30,437 bases of DNA from Candidatus Aegiribacteria sp. (GTDB lineage Bacteria > Fermentibacterota > Fermentibacteria > Fermentibacterales > JCC-6): the NCBI GenBank assembly GCA_046498225.1, contig JAWOBF010000109.1, positions 1 to 30,437 of the forward strand, written 5' to 3'. The stretch's first letter is position 1. Each line of letters opens with the position of its first letter. The position numbers and the translations under genes were made by a program. Positions 9,112 through 18,653 of the stretch are shown here, one piece after another. The notes under the pieces were generated by a model. The model had not been told where the DNA came from. It searched no databases and saw only the letters and a list, made by a program, of their open reading frames with translations.

Positions 9112-10065
9112 TCACTGCCTGTCCCCGCTTTCAGAAGCTTTCTCGAAGGCTGTGATTATTCTCTGTACCAGAGGATGTCTCACAACGTCCTTCTGGTCAA
9201 GATATGTGAACTGTATGCCCTCTATGCCGGAGAGGATATCCCTGATGGCAACCAGTCCGGAGGAGGACAGCGGCTTGAGATCTATCTGGGTTATGTCACC
9301 GGTTATAACCGCACGGGAACTGTAGCCCAGCCTGGTGAGGAACATCTTCAGCTGCGTTATTGTGGTGTTCTGCGCCTCGTCCAGAATGACGAAGGCGTTG
9401 TTCAGGGTCCTGCCTCTCATGTAGGCAAGCGGCGCCACTTCTATGACTCTGTTGTCTATGGCCCTTCTCACCCTTGCCGGAGAGAGGGTGTCGTCCAGGG
9501 CATCGTAGACGGGTTTCAGATAGGGGTCGATCTTCTGCTGAAGGTCTCCCGGCAGGAATCCCAGACTCTCCCCCGCCTCCACCGCCGGTCTGGAGATAAT
9601 GATCCTGTCCACCTGGCCTTCGGTGAGAGCGGCAACAGCGCTGGCTACGGCCAGAAAAGTCTTGCCGGTACCGGCGGGGCCTATGCAGAACACTATCTCC
9701 GATGTCCCGATAGCGCTGAGGTACTCCTCCTGCCCGGAAGTTTTGGGAATTATCCTGCCCGCGCGGCCGGGAACCGATATCTCCAGGGACTCATCGTGGC
9801 TGTCAGGGAAACTCATGGCCGCGTTGACGCTGTGGTCGCTGAGGCTGCCGGATGCACGGATCTCATGTTCGAGCCTTGAGAATACAGCTACGGCTTTCTC
9901 CACCGCGCTCCTGCCGCCGGAGATGCTCAGGGTCCCGTCGCGGTAAGCGGCCCTGACGTCGAGTGAGCGGCAGATATTCCTCAGGTTCCTGTCCCCGGCT
10001 CCGAAGATCTCAGAAGCGGATTCCCTGGAGAGGGGAAGACTGGTACTGACCGGACGGTCCTTCAT
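9112..10065 (-). CDS. phoH: PhoH-family ATPase
   Basis: GPAGTGKT, RPAVEAGESLGFLPGD, APLAYMRGRT, LDEAQN, GDITQIDL and VVRHPLV motifs. Confidence 0.95.
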   Translation of the reverse strand: MKDRPVSTSLPLSRESASEIFGAGDRNLRNICRSLDVRAAYRDGTLSISGGRSAVEKAVAVFSRLEHEIRASGSLSDHSVNAAMSFPDSHDESLEISVPGRAGRIIPKTSGQEEYLSAIGTSEIVFCIGPAGTGKTFLAVASAVAALTEGQVDRIIISRPAVEAGESLGFLPGDLQQKIDPYLKPVYDALDDTLSPARVRRAIDNRVIEVAPLAYMRGRTLNNAFVILDEAQNTTITQLKMFLTRLGYSSRAVITGDITQIDLKPLSSSGLVAIRDILSGIEGIQFTYLDQKDVVRHPLVQRIITAFEKASESGDRQ

Positions 10066-10084
10066 TTCTCAGGTTCTTTCAGAT

Positions 10085-10125
10085 AAAAAGGAAGACTCTT
10101 CACAGACAACTGTGAAGAGCCTTCC
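10085..10125 (-). terminator. Intrinsic terminator after the LysM gene
   Basis: Minus strand reads GGAAGGCTCTTCACAG-TTGT-CTGTGAAGAGTCTTCC then TTTTT: a 16-bp stem (one G-U pair) plus U-tract. Confidence 0.85.
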
Positions 10126-10141
10126 ATATCCGCGCGAGGAT

Positions 10142-10816
10142 CTAGCGGGATCCTCCGAAGGTGGCCGAACGAGGTATGTCAAGTACCTCTCCGGGGTAGA
10201 TGAGGTTGGGATCACGGATTATGTCGCGATTGCCCTCGTAGAGCTGAGGCCACATTCCTCTGTCACCGTAGACCCTGCTGTATCCGGCGATCTTGCCGAG
10301 GTAATCACCCTCGACGACCGTGTAGGAGGTCAGCATCGGCAGCGGCACCCAGAGATACTCTCCCGCGTAGATGAGGTTGGGGTCGCTTATTGTGTCACGG
10401 TTGCGTTCGTAGATCATGGGCCACTTGGTTCCGTCGTTGTAGTTGTAGTGGTAGGAGGCGATGAGCCAGAGACTCTCGCCGTCCTTGATGAGATGCTGCA
10501 CGCCGGCGCTGCGAAGCCTTTCGATCTCAGCCCTGAGGGCGTTGATCTCAGCGTTGAGCTCGGCGATGCGGTCATTCAGCTCATCAAGTGTGTCACGCAG
10601 AGGGAAGACCTGAGGCTCCAGCACGTCGATCAGCGCGTCGGCCTCGGCTTTCCTCCATTCCCAGTAGGCTATCTGCAACTGGATGTTGTCGTCGCCCATG
10701 GCCTCGATCTCGGCCTGCGAGTACTCCGAAAGCTCCTCGGCGGTCCAGGTCTTGGCCAGACCCGTCGAAGCAAGGCCGAGGCAAAGCAACAGAGCAAATA
10801 TCATCGTACGCTTCAT
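10142..10816 (-). CDS. Secreted protein with coiled coil and two LysM domains
   Basis: Signal peptide, heptad-rich segment, two LysM repeats (GESLWLIA...W..IYERNRD.I.DPNLIYAG and GDYLGKIA...W..LYEGNRD.I.DPNLIYPG). Confidence 0.9.
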   Translation of the reverse strand: MKRTMIFALLLCLGLASTGLAKTWTAEELSEYSQAEIEAMGDDNIQLQIAYWEWRKAEADALIDVLEPQVFPLRDTLDELNDRIAELNAEINALRAEIERLRSAGVQHLIKDGESLWLIASYHYNYNDGTKWPMIYERNRDTISDPNLIYAGEYLWVPLPMLTSYTVVEGDYLGKIAGYSRVYGDRGMWPQLYEGNRDIIRDPNLIYPGEVLDIPRSATFGGSR

Positions 10817-10834
10817 TGTTTTCCCCTCTCCCTG

Positions 10835-11107
10835 CTAACGGCGTTCTCCGCCGAGTGAATAGTATTCCTCCTGAAGCTCAGCCAGTTCCGCCTCAAGGGC
10901 TGCGACCTCTTCCTGTGCCGCGGCTATCTCTCCGGGAAGGCTTTCAAGTTCAGCTTCAAGGTTGTCTGCCAGAGCTTCGGCTGCCAGAGCCGCCGCTCGC
11001 GCATCGTCCCTGGCCTGAAGTTCTTCAGCGCTGGGACCGCAGGCGGCCAGCAGCAGAGACACGCTCAGGAGTCCAAGACAGAACCACTTCGTTCTCGTCT
11101 TGAGCAT
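10835..11107 (-). CDS. Small acidic coiled-coil lipoprotein
   Basis: GAGGAGG RBS before ATG 11107; lipobox LLAAC; remainder is Ala/Glu heptad repeats. Confidence 0.85.
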   Translation of the reverse strand: MLKTRTKWFCLGLLSVSLLLAACGPSAEELQARDDARAAALAAEALADNLEAELESLPGEIAAAQEEVAALEAELAELQEEYYSLGGERR

Positions 11108-11207
11108 ACCTGGCACCTCCTCTCGATTTCGTTCGGTTTAAGGTTTCGCGAAAATACAAAGTACGCATACATTTTCATATACTCGTACGGCTGGAAGCCA
11201 ATATAGA

Positions 11208-11235
11208 ATCTTAACGAAAAAGGTTTTGATGTCAA
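11208..11235 (-). promoter_or_regulatory. Sigma70-type promoter for the lipoprotein-LysM pair
   Basis: TTGACA (11235-11230), 16-nt spacer, TAAGAT (11213-11208) in an AT-rich intergenic stretch. Confidence 0.6.
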
Positions 11236-11251
11236 GCAGAACCCCGTTCCC

Positions 11252-11632
11252 CTAAGAACCGGCCCTCCGATGCTTCCGACAGTAAGATAAGCAAACTGCG
11301 AGACCGACTGCAAGTCCGAGGATATCCGCCAGCAGGTCCCCCGCCGAGCAGTCCCTGCCGGGAACGAAGTGCTGATGGACCTCATCGCTTACAGCGTAAA
11401 GCGTACCGACAGCGAACATGAGGGCGAAGGGATGAGGTCCGCGAAAGATGTCCCTGTTCATGAACATGGCGATGAACAGGAAGAAATACTCCCCCATGTG
11501 AAGCACCTTGTCCTGGTTAGGAAAAAGGGGAGGGACCATCTTCAGCGACGGCTGGTGGCTCAGGAAGAAGATACCTCCGGCCACAGCCGCCAGCAGAGTC
11601 CTTCTGAGGACCCGCTTGCCCGCCTCACTCAC
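11252..11632 (-). CDS. VanZ-family membrane protein
   Basis: IFFLS, DKVLHMGEY and YAVSDEVHQHFVPGRDCS..DLLAD motifs; GTG start overlaps the upstream stop. Confidence 0.88.
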   Translation of the reverse strand: MSEAGKRVLRRTLLAAVAGGIFFLSHQPSLKMVPPLFPNQDKVLHMGEYFFLFIAMFMNRDIFRGPHPFALMFAVGTLYAVSDEVHQHFVPGRDCSAGDLLADILGLAVGLAVCLSYCRKHRRAGS

Positions 11633-13689
11633 CTGGCTGCGGTCTTTCCCGGTTCGGACAGGTTCAGCTTCCTTATAAGGCATGATCCCGGCGCGGCGCT
11701 TCTCGCCCGGGCCATCGCCTTTTCAGCTTCTCCCGCCAGAAGAAGGACTTTCCTGTTGACGTGGGTATAGACCCCGCCTATGGAGGCTGACACATTGATG
11801 GTCGAGCCATTCTTCGCATACTGGAACGAGAGGGCGTCCGCAGCTCTCTGGCACATGGCTTCCATGACCGCCTTGCCGGCCCTGGGAAGGCAGGCCGCGA
11901 AGCTGTCCGGGCCAGTTCGTGCGATATAGACCTCATCGGGAAAGCAGTTTCTGAAACGGACGGCGGCGCTTCTGAGAAGACGGTCGCACTCCGGGTAGCC
12001 CAGCTCACCGTTCAGCCGGTCGAAACCGTCGATATCCGCCACTATGACCCCAACGTACCATCCGTAGGTCTGCACCTCCCTTGCCATGTGGTGCAGGTGA
12101 GCGGCCATCATGGTTATTCCCGGCAGGCCGGTCAGCGTGTCCCTTCCGGATATGTCACTGAACCTGCTGCGAAGACCCGCCAGTTCCTCCCTGAGGGAGA
12201 AAAGACCCGCAGCCGCCGTCATTATGCTCTCATGCTGCTGAAGGAAGGCGCTGTCATCGCCGTGCTCCAGCATGATGACAGCCAGTACGCCTTCATCGCG
12301 AATGACCGGCACCCCCATGATGCTTCCCACCCGGGACGACTGTTCGGCGCCGGGTGAGAAGCAGCTTACGGTCTTGGCTCCCTGACCCAGCCGGGACCTC
12401 CTGCAGGGAACACCGTTCCTCACTATCCAACCGGCCACTCCTTCGGTGCTGCTGAATACCTTTCCCCGTCTCCATCTGGCGAGAGGTCCTCTGGAGACCC
12501 ATACCCTCATCCGGCCTTCCTTCTGCTCCACGTCAGCGATGGAAACGGTGGCGCCGGGAATCATCTCGGACAGGATGCCGGCCATGCCCTGCACCGCGCC
12601 ATCCAGCCCTTTTTCACCGCAGGCCAGGACCAGCCGGGTCATCCATGAGCCCAGGTCATCATCGGGCCTCTGCCGGTCCTCAGCTCCTTTCCCGACGATA
12701 TGAGAGAGACTTTCCAGGTCGCTTACGGTCCGGGAGGAAGGTTTCCGGCCGGGGAAATCCTGAAGCAGGAACCCTCCCGCCACACTCGCGCTCTCCATTC
12801 CTCCCAGAGGACAGATCAGCAGCCAGAGGACGGTTTCGTCCGGCCCGGCCGGAAGCCTGTAGGGAGTGAGTTCCGTTATCTCTTCTTTCGAACCGGCCCT
12901 GACCAGGACCGCCCTTTCGCTGTTGGCGGCTATTCTCGCCAGCCGGTGCCCGGGGGGCAGCATGAACCTGGAGATGACCATCCGGTCGTCCGATTCCTGT
13001 TCCGCCAGCCGATAGAAGCCATTCCTGTCGGGAATGAACAGACAGGTCGATCCCGCGCCGCTGTTGCGGTGCAGTATTCGAATGAGTGAGCGGAAGGCTT
13101 CCGCCGAGAGCGGAGGCTGGTCTCCGCTGTCGGCCGGGCCAGCCCCGGTCCCTCCGGATCCCGCCTCCGCCGGACCGAGCTCCCTCTCGGAAAGCCAGTC
13201 CGCAGCAAGCCCGAAAAGAAAGGGCAGCAGGAGAGCCCTAAGGGCCGGAAGCAGGAGCGGGATGAGCCTTGTGATGAAGGAACCGTTCTCCGTCCATAGA
13301 GAGGAATTCAGAAGCGCCAGCGCCCCGGTGAGGCCGATGACCAGTCCCAGCTCCGTGGCTGACCGCCCCATCGAGGGCAGGGAGACCCACATGAGGAAGA
13401 CCATGTAGGAGAAATACAGAAAACTGTCCGGTCCACCCGTAAGCTGAACTCCCAGAACAAGCCCCGCGCAGATGGCGTAGGTGAGCATTCTGCCGTACGA
13501 GGCGGCCAGCTTCCTGTGGACCGGTATCGCCAGCGCGGCCGATAGAAGCAGAAAACCGGTTGCCAGCAGAATGCGGGTATGACCCGGTACTCCGGTGTCG
13601 CCGTGCAGAAGCCTGCCCGAGGCCAGGAACAGGAACAGTGCGATCAGCAATGAGTATCCGGCCGTTCTCAGCGTTCTCAAATACATCAT
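11629..13689 (-). CDS. Membrane protein with GAF and degenerate GGDEF domains
   Basis: Several N-terminal TMs; GAF-like segment (EGVAGWIV, SIMGVPV); RDTLTGLP, DIDGFDRLN..LG...CD and SASIG of a GGDEF domain. The signature is RTGPDSF. Confidence 0.85.
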   Translation of the reverse strand: MMYLRTLRTAGYSLLIALFLFLASGRLLHGDTGVPGHTRILLATGFLLLSAALAIPVHRKLAASYGRMLTYAICAGLVLGVQLTGGPDSFLYFSYMVFLMWVSLPSMGRSATELGLVIGLTGALALLNSSLWTENGSFITRLIPLLLPALRALLLPFLFGLAADWLSERELGPAEAGSGGTGAGPADSGDQPPLSAEAFRSLIRILHRNSGAGSTCLFIPDRNGFYRLAEQESDDRMVISRFMLPPGHRLARIAANSERAVLVRAGSKEEITELTPYRLPAGPDETVLWLLICPLGGMESASVAGGFLLQDFPGRKPSSRTVSDLESLSHIVGKGAEDRQRPDDDLGSWMTRLVLACGEKGLDGAVQGMAGILSEMIPGATVSIADVEQKEGRMRVWVSRGPLARWRRGKVFSSTEGVAGWIVRNGVPCRRSRLGQGAKTVSCFSPGAEQSSRVGSIMGVPVIRDEGVLAVIMLEHGDDSAFLQQHESIMTAAAGLFSLREELAGLRSRFSDISGRDTLTGLPGITMMAAHLHHMAREVQTYGWYVGVIVADIDGFDRLNGELGYPECDRLLRSAAVRFRNCFPDEVYIARTGPDSFAACLPRAGKAVMEAMCQRAADALSFQYAKNGSTINVSASIGGVYTHVNRKVLLLAGEAEKAMARARSAAPGSCLIRKLNLSEPGKTAAR

Positions 13690-13991
13690 CTCCAGCAGTT
13701 ATATTCAGGCGGACCGGAGGGTACCGGCTGCGTTCCGAATATGTGAAATCCAGCCGGCGGCGTCCCGCCGGACACGCTGAAAACGGGCAGGGGTTGACGA
13801 ACACTCAGAAATTTCAGATTTTTGCAGTGCATATCTGGAAAGCGTCGAAGTGCCCCCTGATACCGCTCGACCCAGAAACAACATACACAAACAATGAGGA
13901 AATATTACTTTCAGGCATAGACGGAACCGGCTTTCCATGCCGGTCTTCGCCGCAGGTATTTCAGACTATGAACACTAACTGAAGAGGACAA

Positions 13992-15272
13992 ATGAGCCAG
14001 AGACCAGAGCGCGGACTGTCACAGAACGATCTTGAGGAAAAGACCCTTGTGGAACTCCAGAAGATAGCCAGGGAAAAAGGTCTTGAGAGAGTTACGGGCA
14101 TCAGGAAAAAGGACCTGATAAGAAAGCTCCTGGAAAACAAGACGGAAAGAAACGGCCTGGAATTCTCCACGGGAGTGCTTGAAGTCCTTTCCGAGGGATA
14201 CGGTTTTCTCAGGTCCAACGAAGGCAGCTATCTGCCCAGTTCCAGCGACATATACGTATCACCGTCCCAGATTAAGAGATTCGGCCTGAACACGGGAGAT
14301 ACCGTTTCGGGCCAGGTGAGAAAGCCCAAGAACGGCGAGAAGTATTTGGCGCTGCTGAGGATAGAGAGCGTGAACGGGAAGAGCCTCGATGAACTGAAGG
14401 ACAGACCTTCCTTTGACAGTCTCACCCCCTTCTATCCCGAGGAGCGTTTCATTCTGGAAACGGTGCCCGAGAACCTTTCCGGCAGGATACTTGACCTTCT
14501 CGTTCCCATCGGCAAGGGGCAGAGGGCCCTGATAGTCTCTCCTCCCAGGGCTGGGAAGACCATGCTGCTGCAGCACCTCGCCAACAGCATTTCGGCCAAC
14601 GATCCGGACGCGAAGCTGCTTGTCCTCCTGATCGACGAAAGGCCGGAGGAAGTCACCGATATGCGAAGGAACGTGAACGGGGAAGTAATAGCCTCCACCT
14701 TCGACGAAGCTCCCAAGAGACATATTCAGATAGCCGACATAGTCCTGGAAAAGGCCAAGCGCCTGGTGGAGAGCGGTTACGACGTGGTCATACTGCTGGA
14801 TTCCATCACAAGGCTGGCCAGGGCCAACAACCAGGTTATGCCCCATTCCGGCAAGATCCTATCCGGAGGCGTGGATTCAAACGCGCTGCAGAAGCCGAAG
14901 AGATTCTTCGGCGCGGCCAGGAATATCGTGGACGGTGGAAGCCTGACCATAATCGGCACCGCCCTCGTGGATACCGGAAGCCGTATGGATGAGGTTATAT
15001 TCGAGGAGTTCAAGGGCACCGGCAACTCGGAGATAGTCCTTGACAGGCGCCTGGCGGACAGGCGGGTATGGCCCGCCATCGACATTACCAAGTCAGGCAC
15101 CCGCAAGGAGGAACTCCTGATGGATGAGGAAAGCCTGACCAGAATATGGATAATGAGGAAGATACTTGTTGACATGAATCCGGTCGAAGCGATGGAAGTG
15201 TTGAAGAAGCAGCTTTCCAAGCATAAGTCCAACAAGAGATTCCTCGATTCGATGAGCACAATGTCGGAGTGA
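13992..15272 (+). CDS. rho: Transcription termination factor Rho
   Basis: [50 protein letters not shown] and FEEFKGTGN motifs. Confidence 0.98.
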   Translation: MSQRPERGLSQNDLEEKTLVELQKIAREKGLERVTGIRKKDLIRKLLENKTERNGLEFSTGVLEVLSEGYGFLRSNEGSYLPSSSDIYVSPSQIKRFGLNTGDTVSGQVRKPKNGEKYLALLRIESVNGKSLDELKDRPSFDSLTPFYPEERFILETVPENLSGRILDLLVPIGKGQRALIVSPPRAGKTMLLQHLANSISANDPDAKLLVLLIDERPEEVTDMRRNVNGEVIASTFDEAPKRHIQIADIVLEKAKRLVESGYDVVILLDSITRLARANNQVMPHSGKILSGGVDSNALQKPKRFFGAARNIVDGGSLTIIGTALVDTGSRMDEVIFEEFKGTGNSEIVLDRRLADRRVWPAIDITKSGTRKEELLMDEESLTRIWIMRKILVDMNPVEAMEVLKKQLSKHKSNKRFLDSMSTMSE

Positions 15273-15308
15273 CATCGTCATTCCGCACGGGAACACGGAG
15301 GACATGAA

Positions 15309-15527
15309 TTGAAGAAGGAAATACATCCGGAATACACAGAGGTGACGTTCACCTGTACCTGCGGGAACAAGATAAAGACCCGCTCCACCGGAGGAGACAG
15401 GAGATTCGACGTCTGCTCCAGCTGCCACCCGTTCTACACCGGAAAGCAGAAGCTGGTGGACTCGGCGGGCAGGGTGGACAAGTACATCAAGAGGTATGGC
15501 AGGAGCGAAGCCGGCAGCGAGGAATAG
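15309..15527 (+). CDS. rpmE: 50S ribosomal protein L31 (zinc-binding type)
   Basis: [31 protein letters not shown] start after GGAGG. Confidence 0.96.
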   Translation: MKKEIHPEYTEVTFTCTCGNKIKTRSTGGDRRFDVCSSCHPFYTGKQKLVDSAGRVDKYIKRYGRSEAGSEE

Positions 15528-15601
15528 CTGCAGCGAAACGCCGCTAACGGGGGAGCTTTCACGCTCCCCCTACATTTTTCTCCTCCGCCGTCAGGAGTTG
15601 T

Positions 15602-16621
15602 ATGGAAGATTGCCCCGCAGACAGCCCGAATGCCCTTCCGGAGGAGTCGAAGACCGGGGGACAGGCGGTTATCGAGGGAGTGATGATGCGTTCTCCCATT
15701 TCCACCGCCGTGGCGGTGAGGACCCCCGGGGGCCGTATACTGGTGAAAAGACTGAATATGCCGCAGCTCACCGACCGGGGTGGAATATGGACAAAACCCA
15801 TCCTGAGGGGTGCCGCCACGCTCATCGATACACTGAGGCTGGGCATGAAGGCGCTGACCTGGTCGGCGGAAGTCGCCGAGGGCAGCGCCGACCCTGAAGA
15901 AGGGGATGCGACCGGGAAAAGCGGAGGATTCGCCGCTTTCCTGTCCACCGCTTTCGCTTTTCTACTGGCTATCGTCCTGTTTGCCTGGCTGCCTCTCCAG
16001 AGCAGTAAATGGATCCTGGAATCCAGCGCGGGCGTGTCGGATGCGGGCGGGCAGTTCGCCATACACCTGCTGGCCGGACTGTTCCGCATTGCCGCTTTTC
16101 TGCTCTACCTGGGCGCCATCTCCTTCATGCCCGACGTCAGAAGGCTCTTCATGTACCACGGGGCAGAGCACCAGACCATCCACGCATGGGAGAAGGGACT
16201 GAAGCCCCTCCCGGAAAGGGCGGTGGAGCAGAGCCCCCTGCATCAGCGCTGCGGCACCAGTTTCCTGCTCCTGGTCATGCTGGGGACCATCATCTTCTAC
16301 GGGATTTTCGATTCTCTGGTGGTGCTGGCCACCGGGACCAATCCCAGCGCCCTTGTCAGGGTGCTCTACCACCTGCCCCTGATTCCTCTGGTAATGGGAT
16401 TGAGCTACGAAATGCTCAAACTGGCGGACAGGCACCTGGAAACTTCCCCTCTCGCCCGTGCCGTGACCGCCCCGGGGCTCTACCTTCAGAAAATTACCAC
16501 CAGGAAGGCGGGTCTTCCCGAGGTGGAGGTGGCCATCGCCTCCCTCAGAGCTTCCCTTGGCAGGGACCCGGGTCCCGACGTTGATGTCGCCGACGAGGAA
16601 GGTCAGGGTGAGGAAGCATGA
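15602..16621 (+). CDS. DUF1385 membrane protein
   Basis: GGQAVIEGVMM, YHGAEH, RCGTSF and PGL.LQKITT motifs; usual rpmE-DUF1385-prfA/prmC context. Confidence 0.92.
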   Translation: MEDCPADSPNALPEESKTGGQAVIEGVMMRSPISTAVAVRTPGGRILVKRLNMPQLTDRGGIWTKPILRGAATLIDTLRLGMKALTWSAEVAEGSADPEEGDATGKSGGFAAFLSTAFAFLLAIVLFAWLPLQSSKWILESSAGVSDAGGQFAIHLLAGLFRIAAFLLYLGAISFMPDVRRLFMYHGAEHQTIHAWEKGLKPLPERAVEQSPLHQRCGTSFLLLVMLGTIIFYGIFDSLVVLATGTNPSALVRVLYHLPLIPLVMGLSYEMLKLADRHLETSPLARAVTAPGLYLQKITTRKAGLPEVEVAIASLRASLGRDPGPDVDVADEEGQGEEA

Positions 16622-17700
16622 TCAGGGAAGCGGATATCAAGGCGATGGAAAAGAGGGTCGGGGAGATAGATGAGGCGCTGTCCTCCCCGGAGACACTCAA
16701 GAACCCCTCGCTCATAAGGTCTCTCACCGAGGAGAGAGCCGGACTGGACAAAATACTGAAGACGGTGGAGGAGATAAGGGAGACCGGATCTTCCCTCGAG
16801 GAGATGCGGGAATTCCTGAACGACCAGGACCGGGAGCTGGCCTCCATAGCGTCCGGGGAGGTACCGGTACTGGAGAAGAAGCTGGAGAGGCTGGAGAACA
16901 GGCTGAAGAAGCTGCTCATACCGCCTGACCCCAACGATCGCAGGGACGTGATAATAGAGGTCCGTTCCGGTACGGGAGGGGAGGAGGCGGCTCTGTTCGC
17001 AGCCGATGTCTACAGGATGTACTCCAGCTACGCCCAGAACAAGGGCTGGTCCCAGGAGGTTTTCAGCAGCAGCGAGTCGGAGCGGGGCGGCTTTCGGGAA
17101 ATTACCTTCGCCCTGAGGGGGCAGGGGGTGTACAGCCGCATGAAGTTCGAAGCGGGGGTGCACAGGGTCCAGCGGGTCCCGGAGACGGAGACCTCCGGCC
17201 GCATCCATACTTCCGCCTGCACCGTGGCTGTGCTGCCCGAGGCGGAGGAAGTCGAGGTGGAGATAAACCAGGAAGACCTGAGAATAGATGTATACCGCTC
17301 CTCAGGTCCCGGCGGGCAGAGCGTGAACACCACCGATTCAGCGGTCCGGATAACCCATGTGCCAACCGGCCTGGTTGTTTCCTGCCAGGACGAGAAGAGC
17401 CAGCACAAGAACAGGGTAAAGGCCATGAAAGTGCTCCGGTCCAGGCTTCTGGCCCTGGCCCAGGAGGAAGAGCAGGCGAAGAGGGCGAAGACCAGGAAGA
17501 GCATGGTCGGGTCCGGGGACCGGAGCGCCAAGATAAGAACCTACAATTTTCCCCAGAGCAGGATTACCGATCACCGCATACACCTCACACTCCATTCACT
17601 CAAGGACGTTCTGGCCGGTGACCTGGACCAGGTCATAGACCCACTCGTCGAAGCGGAACAGGAAAGGCTCCTGGCGGAAGTCTCCTCTCCGGGGGATTAA
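16618..17700 (+). CDS. prfA: Peptide chain release factor 1
   Basis: GTGGEEAALFA, HRVQRVPETE (PxT), GPGGQSVN and RTYNFPQSRITDHR motifs. Confidence 0.97.
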   Translation: MIREADIKAMEKRVGEIDEALSSPETLKNPSLIRSLTEERAGLDKILKTVEEIRETGSSLEEMREFLNDQDRELASIASGEVPVLEKKLERLENRLKKLLIPPDPNDRRDVIIEVRSGTGGEEAALFAADVYRMYSSYAQNKGWSQEVFSSSESERGGFREITFALRGQGVYSRMKFEAGVHRVQRVPETETSGRIHTSACTVAVLPEAEEVEVEINQEDLRIDVYRSSGPGGQSVNTTDSAVRITHVPTGLVVSCQDEKSQHKNRVKAMKVLRSRLLALAQEEEQAKRAKTRKSMVGSGDRSAKIRTYNFPQSRITDHRIHLTLHSLKDVLAGDLDQVIDPLVEAEQERLLAEVSSPGD

Positions 17701-17705
17701 CCGAA

Positions 17706-18590
17706 GTGAAATTCAGGGAAGCCCGGGAATGGGCCGAGTCCCGGTTGCGGCCTCTGGAGGATCCGAAACTGGAGGCGGAGCTACTCCTCCTTCACGTGAT
17801 GGGCTGGCGCCGTCACCGAATGGTCCTGAACCTGGACGGAGAGATGCCCCCTGAACGGCTCCATCTCTACAGGGAACTGGTGGGCAGGAGGAAAACCAGG
17901 GAACCCCTCCAGCACATTACGGGAGTTGTGGAATTCATGGGAAGGGAGTTCAGGGCCGGCCCCGGAGCCCTGGTCCCCAGGCCCGAGACCGAGACCCTCA
18001 CCGAGATATTCAGCAGGGGCCTGACCGAGCCGGAGTACCTGCTGGACGTGGGAACCGGTTCGGGTGTAATAGCCGTTTCCCTGGCACTCGAATTCCCGTG
18101 TGCCGCGGTAATCGGTCTGGACTTCAGCCGGGATGCCCTGCTCCTGGCGAGGGAGAACCGCGGGGTTCACGGCGCCTTCAACCTCCACCTGGCGGCAGGG
18201 GATCTGACCGCCCCTCTCATGGCCTCTGCCGGAATCTTCGACGGCATCGTAGCCAACCTTCCATACGTTCCCTCCCCGGATATCGACAGGCTTCAGCCGG
18301 AGGTGAGGAATGGAGACCCCGTCCTGGCGCTGGACGGGGGAGAGGACGGTCTGAAACTCGTGGACCGCCTGCTTTCATCCGCTCCCGAGCTGCTGAAGAG
18401 GAACGGCCTCCTGGCCCTGGAGCTGGACCCGGGCCAGACCGGGCGGGTGCACCGAAGGCTGACAGATGACCGCCGGTGGACGGACGCCGCCATCCACGAC
18501 GACCTCGCCGGCCACCCCAGGTTCGTCACCGCCCGCAGAAAGGATGGGGACGGAGGGTTTTTTCCTCCGTCCCCTTTTGTGAGCTTGTAA
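17706..18590 (+). CDS. prmC: Release factor glutamine methyltransferase
   Basis: REPLQHITG, LVPRPETE, DVGTGSG, NLPY and ALDGGEDG motifs; follows prfA. Confidence 0.95.
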   Translation: MKFREAREWAESRLRPLEDPKLEAELLLLHVMGWRRHRMVLNLDGEMPPERLHLYRELVGRRKTREPLQHITGVVEFMGREFRAGPGALVPRPETETLTEIFSRGLTEPEYLLDVGTGSGVIAVSLALEFPCAAVIGLDFSRDALLLARENRGVHGAFNLHLAAGDLTAPLMASAGIFDGIVANLPYVPSPDIDRLQPEVRNGDPVLALDGGEDGLKLVDRLLSSAPELLKRNGLLALELDPGQTGRVHRRLTDDRRWTDAAIHDDLAGHPRFVTARRKDGDGGFFPPSPFVSL

Positions 18591-18653
18591 AAACACATGG
18601 CTGAATGCATATTTGTCTCCCTATATGATTGTGGAGATGTGTCAGGAGGATCG

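Noticed and set aside
10196..10381. Short DNA repeat GTAGATGAGGTTGGG
   Set aside because: Explained by the two LysM domains (PNLIY) within one gene.
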